Origin: Acidobacteriota bacterium
GTDB lineage: Bacteria; Acidobacteriota; Aminicenantia; Aminicenantales; Saccharicenantaceae
Length of the DNA stretch: 64,000 nucleotides
Reading direction: 5' to 3'
Assembly: GCA_029569255.1 (NCBI GenBank)
Contig: JAKQUO010000032.1
Span: 11,160-75,159, forward strand
Below the pieces are notes generated by a model. The model searched no databases and was not told where the DNA came from. It saw only the letters and a list, made by a program, of their open reading frames with translations. Positions 44,695 to 53,006 of this stretch are shown here, piece by piece (positions within the stretch are counted from its first letter, which is position 1; every line of letters starts with the position of its first letter). A program made the translations under genes and the position numbers.

Positions 44695-45395
44695 CGGATT
44701 TCTTAGACAAGGTCGTCGTCCAGCCGCTGCGGGACGTTTTGCAGAAGCTCTTGGCGTTCTTGCCGGACCTCCTCACCGGGATCCTCGTCTTCGCCATCGG
44801 CCTCGCCGTCGCCTGGCTCATCAAGATCCTGGCGGCCAGGATCGTCCGGCTCCTGAAGCTCGAGGCGGCGTTCGCGCGCTCGGGCCTGACCGAGGCCCTG
44901 CAGAGGATGGCCGTCAAGGACACGCCGGACAAACTGATCGGGCGGATGTTCTTCTGGCTCGTCGCCGTCCTCTTCTTCGTCCTGGCCCTGAGCGCGATGA
45001 GGGTCCCCGTGATCGACCAGCTCCTCGAAAAGTTCCTGCTCTACCTGCCCAACGTCCTCGTCGCCTTGATCATCATGATCTTCGGCTACTTCCTCGGCAA
45101 TTTCCTCGGACGGGCCGCCCTCATCGCCTTCGTTAACGCCGGCGTCCGGCCCGCCGGCCTGGCGAGCCGGGGCGTCAGGGCATTCATCATGCTCTTCGCC
45201 TTCGCCATGGCCCTCGAACAGCTCGGCATCGGCCGGAGCACGGTGATCGCCGCGTTCACGATCGTGCTCGGCGGGGCGGTCTTGGCGCTGGCCCTGGCCT
45301 TCGGCCTGGGGGGCCGGGACCTGGCCCGGAGGCTTTTGGAGAAGCGCCTCAAAAAGGACGGGGACGGGGAGGACGACGAGCTCAAGCACCTCTGA
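44691..45395 (+). CDS. membrane protein with conserved TM-helix repeats (mechanosensitive-channel N-terminal-like)
   Basis: ATG at 44691 (GGAGG 6 nt upstream; ATGA overlap with the preceding stop); repeated LP(D/N)(L/V)L...FG TM units; acidic C-tail. Confidence 0.5.
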   Translation: MTDFLDKVVVQPLRDVLQKLLAFLPDLLTGILVFAIGLAVAWLIKILAARIVRLLKLEAAFARSGLTEALQRMAVKDTPDKLIGRMFFWLVAVLFFVLALSAMRVPVIDQLLEKFLLYLPNVLVALIIMIFGYFLGNFLGRAALIAFVNAGVRPAGLASRGVRAFIMLFAFAMALEQLGIGRSTVIAAFTIVLGGAVLALALAFGLGGRDLARRLLEKRLKKDGDGEDDELKHL

Positions 45396-45408
45396 ACGGG
45401 CGCCGCCC

Positions 45409-46815
45409 TCAGGCCGGGCCCCACTTCGCCAGCACCGGCGGGATGAGGGCCAGGGCGGCGAAAAGGACCCAGAGGATGAGCAGCGGCGCCAGCCACTTGG
45501 CCCATTTCTCCCAGCGCAGCCCGGCCAGGCCCAGCACTCCCATGGTGACGCCCGAGGTCGGCAGGACCGGATTGATGTACTCGGCCAACTGAAAAGCGAA
45601 CACGGCCGTCTGGCGGGTGATGCCGACGAGGTCGCCGAGCGGGGCCATGATGGGGATCGTCAGGGCCGCCTGGGCCGTCCCCGAGTGGACGAAGAAGTTG
45701 ATGACGCACTGGGAGGCGAACATGATCTCGGCCGAGACGAGCGGATGGAAACGGGCGATGGCCCCGGCCATCCCGGCCAGGATGGTGTCGAGGATCCTGC
45801 CGTCCTGGGCCACGATGAGGATGGCCCGGGCGGTGCCGATGATCAGGGCCGCGTTGACCATGTCCTTGGCCCCCTCGACGAAGGCCTTGCCGATCTCGTC
45901 GCCGCCGAGCCGGCCGGCGATGCCGGCGAAGATGCCGATGGCCAGGAAGACGCCGGCGATCGGGCCGATCCCCCAGCGGTGCTTCAGGATGCCGAAGATC
46001 ATGACCGCGAATCCGGCCGCGAAGACGAACAGGACGCGCTTGTGGGCCCCGGTGACCGGGATCCTCTCGACCGCGGGCGTGTCCACCCGGAGCTTGCGCC
46101 GCTTCTCCCGGTCCTCCTCGTAGGTCGGGCTGGTCCCGGGGTCCTTGCGGACCCGGGCGGCGTAGCGCATGACCACGGCGACGGCGATGGCCGTGCCGCC
46201 GGCCCAGACGGCGAGCCGGTAGCCCAGGCCCGAGTAGAGCGGCAGCCCGGCGATGCCCTGGGCGATGCCGACGGTGAAGGGATTGAAGAAGGCCCCGGCG
46301 AAGCCCGCGGCCGCCCCGATGAACGGCAGGGCGACGCCGACGATCGTGTCGTAGCCGAGCGACAGGGCCAGCGGCACGAAGATGAGGATGAAGGGCATGG
46401 TCTCCTCGCACATGCCCCAGACGGCCCCGCCCAGGGAGAAGACGGTCATGGTCACCGGGATGAACAGGATGCGCAAGGCTTTCTTCCGCCCGAAGTCGAG
46501 CGACAGGTTGTGGATGACGGCCGTGACGGCCCCCGTCCTCTGGACGACGTTGAAGGCCCCGCCGCAGATGAAGACGATGGCGATGATCATGGCCGCGGCG
46601 ACGAAGCCCTTGGCCGGCGAGACGAACAGGCCGTCGAGCCCCTGCGGCCGGCTCTCGGCCCGGGCGTAGGACCCGGCCACGGGCACGGTCCGGCCGTCCT
46701 TCTCCACGCGCTGGTACTCGCCGCCGGGGATGAGCCAGGTGGCGACGACGGTCAGGACGACCATGGCGTAGATGAGGAGAAGCGTGTGCGGCAGGCGGAG
46801 CTTGGGCGTCTTCAT
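45409..46815 (-). CDS. YfcC family (DcuC/C4-dicarboxylate-carrier superfamily) transporter
   Basis: 468 aa polytopic; LRLPHTLLLIYAMVV N-terminus typical of YfcC-type permeases. Confidence 0.7.
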   Translation of the reverse strand: MKTPKLRLPHTLLLIYAMVVLTVVATWLIPGGEYQRVEKDGRTVPVAGSYARAESRPQGLDGLFVSPAKGFVAAAMIIAIVFICGGAFNVVQRTGAVTAVIHNLSLDFGRKKALRILFIPVTMTVFSLGGAVWGMCEETMPFILIFVPLALSLGYDTIVGVALPFIGAAAGFAGAFFNPFTVGIAQGIAGLPLYSGLGYRLAVWAGGTAIAVAVVMRYAARVRKDPGTSPTYEEDREKRRKLRVDTPAVERIPVTGAHKRVLFVFAAGFAVMIFGILKHRWGIGPIAGVFLAIGIFAGIAGRLGGDEIGKAFVEGAKDMVNAALIIGTARAILIVAQDGRILDTILAGMAGAIARFHPLVSAEIMFASQCVINFFVHSGTAQAALTIPIMAPLGDLVGITRQTAVFAFQLAEYINPVLPTSGVTMGVLGLAGLRWEKWAKWLAPLLILWVLFAALALIPPVLAKWGPA

Positions 46816-47732
46816 CTCGCCGCGGCCTCCACCCGCCCGGTCCCGAGGTCGTAGACGTCGCCGGCGAGGAGGACGTGCATCCGGAGGTCGCGGCCGCCGA
46901 GGCGGCCGTCGGGCGACCGGGCGGTGACGGCGCGCCGCGCGTCGTAGACGACGACCTGGCCCTCGCCGAGGACCTCGTATTTCCCGTCGGGGCGGACCAG
47001 GACGGCCGTCGATTCCTCGATGCCGACGCCGACGAGCGCCGGATACTGGAGGACGACGGCCATGAGGCGGTTGTGGCGCCGCCGGGTGACGAAGTGCTGG
47101 TCGATGACGGCGTCCTTGACGAACCCGAAGCCCCGGGAATGGAGGACGTCGTCGGCCCAGATGACCTCCCAGGTCCCTTCCTCGTTCCCTGTCCGGCGTT
47201 CGTCGCCGGTGATCATGAACTCGCTCATGACCGCCGCCCCGGCGCTGGTGCCGCCGACGAGGCCGCCCCCGTCGTAGAGCTCGAGCATGCGCCGGTGGAG
47301 CGGCGTGTCGAGGAGGACCGCGGTCAGCTTGGCCTGGTCGCCGCCGGAGAACCAGACCCCGGTCGCGCCGTCGAGGACCCCGAGGCTGGCCGGGTCCAGG
47401 GCCTCATCGCGGGTCAGGTGGAAGCAGGCGACGTCCTCGACGCCGTAGCCCTTGAACTCGGCCGCGATCTCCGGCCCGGTCTCGAGGGGGACGCCGCTGG
47501 CCATGGTGAAGACAACGATCTTGGCCGGGCCGCGGCGCCGGGCCAGCCCGACATACCGGCGCATCAGGGGCTCGTCGCGGTCGCCGCCGCCGACGATGAA
47601 GAGATGGCCCTTGGGCCGGACGGCGGCCGCCGGGGCCGGCGCCTTCGGGGCGCAGGCCGCGAGGAGGCCCGCGGCGGCCAGGGCGGCGGCGGCCGGAACG
47701 ACGATCGAGGCGACGACCCGCGTTTTGCTCAT
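46812..47732 (-). CDS. cphE: cyanophycinase (peptidase S51), lipoprotein
   Basis: ATG at 47732 preceded by GGAGG; LLAAC lipobox; FIVGGG..., GGTSAGAAVMS nucleophile motif. Confidence 0.8.
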   Translation of the reverse strand: MSKTRVVASIVVPAAAALAAAGLLAACAPKAPAPAAAVRPKGHLFIVGGGDRDEPLMRRYVGLARRRGPAKIVVFTMASGVPLETGPEIAAEFKGYGVEDVACFHLTRDEALDPASLGVLDGATGVWFSGGDQAKLTAVLLDTPLHRRMLELYDGGGLVGGTSAGAAVMSEFMITGDERRTGNEEGTWEVIWADDVLHSRGFGFVKDAVIDQHFVTRRRHNRLMAVVLQYPALVGVGIEESTAVLVRPDGKYEVLGEGQVVVYDARRAVTARSPDGRLGGRDLRMHVLLAGDVYDLGTGRVEAAAR

Positions 47733-47784
47733 GCCTGTCCTCCGCGCCGTAGGCATCCCGTGGGGGTCAATATTATCAGAAAAA

Positions 47785-47858
47785 CGGGGACATGATACCT
47801 ATTCACCTATTTTCGGCGAGGGCGCACGGGAATTCGGGGAATAGGTATCATGTCCCCG
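47785..47858. repeat. 74-bp palindromic element with perfect 20-bp arms (CGGGGACATGATACCTATTC / GAATAGGTATCATGTCCCCG)
   Basis: read directly; lies between the GH116 stop (47861) and the cyanophycinase start. Confidence 0.85.
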
Positions 47859-47860
47859 AT

Positions 47861-50503
47861 TTAAAACCGGAACGTTAGGGCCAGCGGCTTCCCGGGCTCG
47901 ACGCGGACGGGCCGCGGCCAGGTCAGGAGGACGGTGTTCTCCGTCTGGAGGAGGCCCGGCCTCGCCGCCTCGCCGCCGGCGGTCGCCTCGACCCCGCGGA
48001 CCCGCTTCCCGGCGAGCGCCGGCGGCAGGACGACGCTGACGTTCTTGAGCTCGACCGCCCCGCTCCGGGCCTCGATCGCGGCCGTGAACGGCCCTCCGGC
48101 GGCGGCCTTTTGCGAGTACACGCCCCAGCCCGGCCCGGCCGTCCAGATGGTCCTGAAATCCTCGGCGGCGAGCTTCGGGTCGAAGTCCATGCGCATCTCC
48201 GGGCCCGAATAGGAGTATCCGGCCAGGGCCGTGAGCACGCCCCACGAGGACATGGCCCGGGCGTAGTGGTGGCCGCACTCGACCTCGTCCCAGGGATTGC
48301 GGCGCAGCCCGTCGTAGCGGTCGCGGACGCCCTTGACGATGCTCAAGCCTTCCTCGACGAGGCCCTCGTAGATGAGGTGGGAGGCGACCTGGTATTCGAT
48401 GCCCGTCCAGACCTCGTCCGAGTAGGGAAAGGGCAGCGGCGGCCGGCCGCCCTTGGGCCAGGAGCAGAGCAGCAGCCCCTTCTCGTCGTTGAGAGCGTAG
48501 GTCCGCTGGACGTTGGAGAAGTCCCGGAAATCGGCCCGGAAATTGTGGTCGTAGATGGCCTTGAGCGACGACCGGACGCGCTCGGCCGGGAGATAGCGCC
48601 CGAGGCCGGCCACCATGCCCAGCCACTGGCCCAGGAGCATGTCGGACAGGCAGCCCTCGCCGTACTGATATTTCTTCTCCGCCGCCTGGGCGCGCTTCTG
48701 GACGTAGAACTCGCCGTTCCAGAGCGTCGCGTCGAAGGCCGCTTGGCCCTTCTTGTACATGGCCAGGTAGGCCTTGGCCGAGACGAGGTCGCCGACGACC
48801 GTGGCCATGGCCGCGCCGGCCTTGAGGGCGCCGAGATAGAAGGCGCCCGTCATGCTGTTCGGGCCGTAGAACTCGATGTCGTAGGTGTTGTGCTGCTCGC
48901 CCTCCATCAGGCCGTCGCGGTCGGCGTCCCACGACGTCCAGACGTAGTCGAGGGCCTTCTTGGCCTGGGGCCAGAGCTTCTTGAGCCACTCGGTGTCGCC
49001 CGAGATCTGCCAGTCGCGGTAGAGGCTGATGACGCGGCCCATCTGGCCGTCGGCGGCCGGCTTGAAGTCCCAGAGGACGCCTCTCCCGAGCGGGAGCGAG
49101 GTCCGGAACATCATCGCGCCGTCGGGCTTGACGTTGTTGAGGAAGTCGGTCTCGCGCATGGTCCGCTCGAGCGAGGGATAGAGGAAGGCCAGCGACTGGG
49201 CGTAGTTCCAGACGTGGGCGCAGTTGAGCGGGCAGCAGCCGGACTGGTCGCCGCAGCCCTCGAAGCCGAAGAAGTTCCCGCCCTCGAGCCACAGCCCGGT
49301 CGTCGTGCGGATGATGGACGCCTGGCTGGAGACGGCGTCGAGGACGCAGGGCGGCAGGGTCTGGGAGAAGAAGGCGTCGTGGAAGGCCCGGCTTTCGGCC
49401 TCGAGGCGCGGCAGGTTCGCCTGCAGGTATTCGGCCGCGGCCCAGGCGTCGGCGAAGCGCCCGGCGTAATGGTTCTTGAAGATCCGGCCGCGCTGCTCGG
49501 GGACGACGTCGAAATAATTGAGGAAATTGGGGAAGCACCAGGACAGGATGAACGGCAGGGTGACCTCCTGGCCGGGAGCGAGCGTGGCCATGAGGCCGAG
49601 CGTCCCGACGTCGGTCCGCTTGTCGGGCGAGGGCGAGACCTCGTCGAGGTCCTGGAGACGGCCGTCGTCTTCGAGATCGTCCCAGAAGATCTGGAGGTCG
49701 TCCCACCAGTCGCCCCGGACCCAGTGGGTGAGGTAGGTGACGTCGGGCCAGGGCGTCGTCAGGGCCAGGGTGCCGAAGGCCGGCGCCTCGGGCTTGACCT
49801 TGTGCGAGGACATGGCCAGGCCGCGGAGGGCGGCGGTCCGCTTGATCTCGTTGACGTTCTGGCCGAACTTGTCGCTGCCGAGGCCTTCGACATGGCCCTC
49901 GCCGTCGTAGCCGATCGGATTGACGACCGAGCCGGCCACGGTGACCTTGGCCGGGGCGGCGCCCGTGTTCTTGATCCGGTAGCGCAGGACGAAGGCGGGG
50001 ATGCCGGAGTCCTCGGGCTCGAGCGGGACCATCGGGTTGAAGGCCTCGAGGGTGATCTCGAGCGGGATGTCGCGGTCCGAGAGGGCGACCTCGGCGAAGG
50101 GGTACTCGCCCTTGAAGACGGCCTTCTCCATCCGCGGCAGGCCGGGGACGAAGACCCGGTTGTAGCCGAAGCCGGTCGTGAACGGCGGCTCGAGCGGGCC
50201 CTCGAGGACGCGGACGCGCTTCGCGCCGCCCGCCTCGACGAAGAGGGCGAAAAAGGTGAAGGGCATGTGGACGCCCTTGCCGGGGCGGTTGAAGACCTCC
50301 CAGTCGCGGAGGTTGCCGCGGCCGCCGAGGGAGACCGTGCCGGTGCCGATTCCGCCGAGCGGGAAGGCGACTTCCGAGAGGGCCCGCCCCTCGAAGGTCC
50401 GGACGGGGCCGGAGCGGAAGAGGCCGTCGTCGGCGCCGCCCGGCGGGACGAGGACCGCGGCGGCGAGCGCGGCGGCGAGGACGGAGCGGGCGGGAGCGTT
50501 CAT
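47861..50503 (-). CDS. GH116 family beta-glucosidase/glucosylceramidase-like glycoside hydrolase, secreted
   Basis: 880 aa; FPLGGIGTGTVSLGGRGNLRDWEVFN N-terminal motif of GBA2-type enzymes; signal peptide. Confidence 0.8.
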   Translation of the reverse strand: MNAPARSVLAAALAAAVLVPPGGADDGLFRSGPVRTFEGRALSEVAFPLGGIGTGTVSLGGRGNLRDWEVFNRPGKGVHMPFTFFALFVEAGGAKRVRVLEGPLEPPFTTGFGYNRVFVPGLPRMEKAVFKGEYPFAEVALSDRDIPLEITLEAFNPMVPLEPEDSGIPAFVLRYRIKNTGAAPAKVTVAGSVVNPIGYDGEGHVEGLGSDKFGQNVNEIKRTAALRGLAMSSHKVKPEAPAFGTLALTTPWPDVTYLTHWVRGDWWDDLQIFWDDLEDDGRLQDLDEVSPSPDKRTDVGTLGLMATLAPGQEVTLPFILSWCFPNFLNYFDVVPEQRGRIFKNHYAGRFADAWAAAEYLQANLPRLEAESRAFHDAFFSQTLPPCVLDAVSSQASIIRTTTGLWLEGGNFFGFEGCGDQSGCCPLNCAHVWNYAQSLAFLYPSLERTMRETDFLNNVKPDGAMMFRTSLPLGRGVLWDFKPAADGQMGRVISLYRDWQISGDTEWLKKLWPQAKKALDYVWTSWDADRDGLMEGEQHNTYDIEFYGPNSMTGAFYLGALKAGAAMATVVGDLVSAKAYLAMYKKGQAAFDATLWNGEFYVQKRAQAAEKKYQYGEGCLSDMLLGQWLGMVAGLGRYLPAERVRSSLKAIYDHNFRADFRDFSNVQRTYALNDEKGLLLCSWPKGGRPPLPFPYSDEVWTGIEYQVASHLIYEGLVEEGLSIVKGVRDRYDGLRRNPWDEVECGHHYARAMSSWGVLTALAGYSYSGPEMRMDFDPKLAAEDFRTIWTAGPGWGVYSQKAAAGGPFTAAIEARSGAVELKNVSVVLPPALAGKRVRGVEATAGGEAARPGLLQTENTVLLTWPRPVRVEPGKPLALTFRF

Positions 50504-50570
50504 GGACGGCCCTCCTGGACGGGGATGGCGTGACGCCTGTCCTCCTTTCTAAAAGAACGGGGGCCGGATG

Positions 50571-51053
50571 TCAATCGCCGGAAGGGAGCACGGGGCGCCG
50601 GGCCAGGAGCCGGGCGATCTTTTTTTCCATGTCGCCGTGGTGCGTCCCCTGCCAGAAGACGCGCTCGCAACCGGGGCAGATGGCGAACGAAGCGGCATGT
50701 TCGCCGACGTAGGGGGTGACGAGATTGCGGGCCCGCTCCCGGCTCAGCGCCTTGAGCGGGAGATTGCAGGCGATGCAGCGCGTGTTCGGCCGGACCTCGT
50801 CCCAGAGCCCCAGGTCGTCGAGCACCTGGACGACCTGGTCCTCCCAGTCGTCGCCGCGGACGAACAGGCGGTTCGGCCGCTTGGCCTCCTTCTCGATGAG
50901 CCCGGTGTCGCGGGTCAGGAGGACGCGGCCCTCGCGGCGGGCGATCGCGACGAGATCGGGGTCCTCGGCCTTGGAGAAATAGAGGACGTCGAAGCCGAGA
51001 ATCTTGAGCCACTTGGCCAGGCGGCCGAGCATGCAGTCGGCGACGAAGGTCAC
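50571..51053 (-). CDS. Mut7-C RNase domain (PIN-like + zinc ribbon) protein
   Basis: FVADCMLGRLAKWLKILGFD..., CIACN...CPGCERVFW. GTG at 51053 preferred because the upstream part of the ORF is made of the palindromic repeats. Confidence 0.7.
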   Translation of the reverse strand: MTFVADCMLGRLAKWLKILGFDVLYFSKAEDPDLVAIARREGRVLLTRDTGLIEKEAKRPNRLFVRGDDWEDQVVQVLDDLGLWDEVRPNTRCIACNLPLKALSRERARNLVTPYVGEHAASFAICPGCERVFWQGTHHGDMEKKIARLLARRPVLPSGD

Positions 51054-51093
51054 CGCGGACCCCCTAGAGGCCGAGCCCCGCCGCAACCCCGTC

Positions 51094-51161
51094 GGGGACA
51101 CGTACCGGGTACGTGTCCCCGTTCCGCCCGTTGGGGACATGTACCTCGGGTACGTGTCCCC
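51094..51161. repeat. two tandem palindromes GGGGACACGTACC-GG-GTACGTGTCCCC and GGGGACATGTACC-TCGG-GTACGTGTCCCC
   Basis: 51094-51120 and 51133-51161, just downstream of the tRNA 3' end. Confidence 0.85.
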
Positions 51162-51193
51162 GGTTCGCGGGCAGCCCGGGCCAGGGAAGAAAA

Positions 51194-51269
51194 TGGTGGA
51201 CGGTAGGAGATTCGAACTCCCGACCTCAGCGTTGCGAACGCCGCGCTCTCCCAGCTGAGCTAACCGCCC
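51194..51269 (-). tRNA. tRNA-Ala (anticodon CGC), CCA encoded
   Basis: 76-nt cloverleaf folded by hand: 7-bp acceptor stem with G3:U70, D stem GCUC/GAGC, anticodon loop UUCGCAA, T loop UUCGAAU, discriminator A + CCA. Confidence 0.93.
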
Positions 51270-51629
51270 ACGGTTCTCGCTCGTAATCTATTTATTATCC
51301 AACTTTTCCAAGGCCTGTGTTGAACCCATCGACCGTTCCCGGCCCTTGGAAAGCCTCCTCATGATAGCAGAACGGCCCCGGGCCTTCAACCGCCGATTGA
51401 CGGCCATCCAGGCATATGCGAACATGAGCCCAGTTCCCATGCGGACCGATAACAGAGATCCCGATATCGTCGACGAGGACATGGCCGCCGTGTTCAGGGA
51501 CAAGACGCCTCTCGAGCGGCTTCGCGCCGCCATCGGACGGTGGACCTCCACCAGGAACATGGTCGAGAGGCTCCTGCATGGAAGTTGTGGTTCTCTTCCA
51601 CGTTGTGTGTGTCAGATGGGCCGGCAAAT

Positions 51630-51698
51630 GGGGACATGTACTCCAGCACGTGTCCTCTTTCGGGCAAACGGGACACGTACCGGGGCGGTACATGTCCC
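51630..51698. repeat. two tandem palindromes of the same family (GGGGACATGTAC...CACGTGTCC; GGGACACGTACC...GGTACATGTCCC)
   Basis: 51630-51655 and 51670-51698, ~360-430 nt upstream of the tRNA 5' end. Confidence 0.8.
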
Positions 51699-51959
51699 GA
51701 CACGCGCCTCGAGCACCTGGCAACTGATCCCATAGCCGCCCACAGTGAATGGACCGGTAGTTTTCATGTCGCCTTTACAGACCTGCGCAGGCCCTTGACA
51801 CGCTCGGGGGGGGCGGGGATATCTTCCGAGGGGCAAGGTGGCTCGCCCTTCGGGAGAGGCGCGTGAAACGGCCGGTCACGGGCGGCTCGGATGAGCCGGG
51901 ATATCCGATCCCTTGTCTTGATCGGAGGCCCGGCCTAAAATGCTGGGAGGAGGGACGCC

Positions 51960-52304
51960 ATGCGCAGAGTCTTGATCGTCTTGATCCTCATCGGCGGGGC
52001 CGGGTATTACATCTACAACCGGTCCCAGGTGGGCCAGTCCGAAGAGGTCTTCCAGGTCAAGAACATCCAGCAGCGTTTCTCCCTGGCCCTCAACAAGTTC
52101 ACCGGCGCCGCCGGCCGCTCGGGCGCCATCGGCATGGACACGACCTTCGACACCGAAACGGCCGTCAGGCAGATCGAGGACATCCGCAAGGAGCTGGCCG
52201 AGCTCCGGAAGAGGCTGACCGAACCGGCGGCGATCACGAGGGCCGAGAAGCTCGCCGAGAAGATCGAATATTTCTGCAAGCTGAACGACATCATCCGGCC
52301 TTGA
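51960..52304 (+). CDS. small N-terminally anchored protein, unknown function
   Basis: 114 aa; GGAGGAGGG upstream of the ATG; one TM helix, then a helical/coiled region. Confidence 0.5.
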   Translation: MRRVLIVLILIGGAGYYIYNRSQVGQSEEVFQVKNIQQRFSLALNKFTGAAGRSGAIGMDTTFDTETAVRQIEDIRKELAELRKRLTEPAAITRAEKLAEKIEYFCKLNDIIRP

Positions 52305-52412
52305 CCGCCCGGCCTCTCGGGGAACCCGCCCGCGACGGCCGGGCCGGGCGCCGGGGGTTTGACCCTCTCTTTCTCCGGGTGTAACCTTTTTGACAAAGGG
52401 CGGTAGATACCC

Positions 52413-53006
52413 ATGGACGCCGAAGAGCCGAGACGAGGGAAGACCGGACACATGTCGCCGACGGACAACGAGCTCATGGAACAGGTCCGGGACGGCCGGG
52501 TCGAGAGGCTGGCCGTCCTCTTCGAGAGATATCAGACCATGCTCTACAACTTCTTCCTCCGCCTGACGGGCGACCGGGCCGCCAGCGAAGACCTCGTCCA
52601 GGAGGTCTTCATGCGCGTCCTGAAGTACCGGGCGGGGTACATGGGCGACAGCCGGTTCAACGTCTGGCTCTTCCAGATCGCCCGCAACGCGCACGTCGAC
52701 CACCTGAGGAAGCGGAAAGCGGCCCTCCCCCTCGACGAGCGGTTCGCCGAAACGCCGGGCCGGGAGCCGCGGCCCGAGACCGTCTACGAGGACGGCCGGG
52801 AGGCCGAACTCGTCCGCCGGGCCCTCGATCGCCTACCGGCCCCGAAACGGGAGATCCTGGTCCTCTTCCGCTTCCAGGACCTCAAGCTCCGGGAGATCGC
52901 CGAGATCACCGGCGTCCAGGTGGGCACGGTCAAGGCCCAGGTCCACCGGGCCCTCAAGGACCTCGGCCGGATCTACCTCGAGCTCCGGCAAGGGAGAGCG
53001 TCATGA
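52413..53006 (+). CDS. ECF RNA polymerase sigma factor (alternative start 52452)
   Basis: ASEDLVQEVFMRVL...WLFQIARNAHVDHLRK and FRFQDLKLREIAEITGVQVGTVKAQVHRAL. Confidence 0.85.
   Translation: MDAEEPRRGKTGHMSPTDNELMEQVRDGRVERLAVLFERYQTMLYNFFLRLTGDRAASEDLVQEVFMRVLKYRAGYMGDSRFNVWLFQIARNAHVDHLRKRKAALPLDERFAETPGREPRPETVYEDGREAELVRRALDRLPAPKREILVLFRFQDLKLREIAEITGVQVGTVKAQVHRALKDLGRIYLELRQGRAS

Noticed and set aside
51094-51698. CRISPR array hypothesis for the repeated GGGGACA units
   Set aside because: There are only two tandem units per site. The units are themselves palindromes with variable loops, there are no regular spacers, and no cas genes are present.
51288-51866. Minus- and plus-strand ORFs around the tRNA (51288-51560, 51295-51723, 51494-51733, 51540-51866, 51612-51836)
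   Set aside because: They mutually overlap, lack SD sequences, and their sequences are largely translations of the palindromic repeats.
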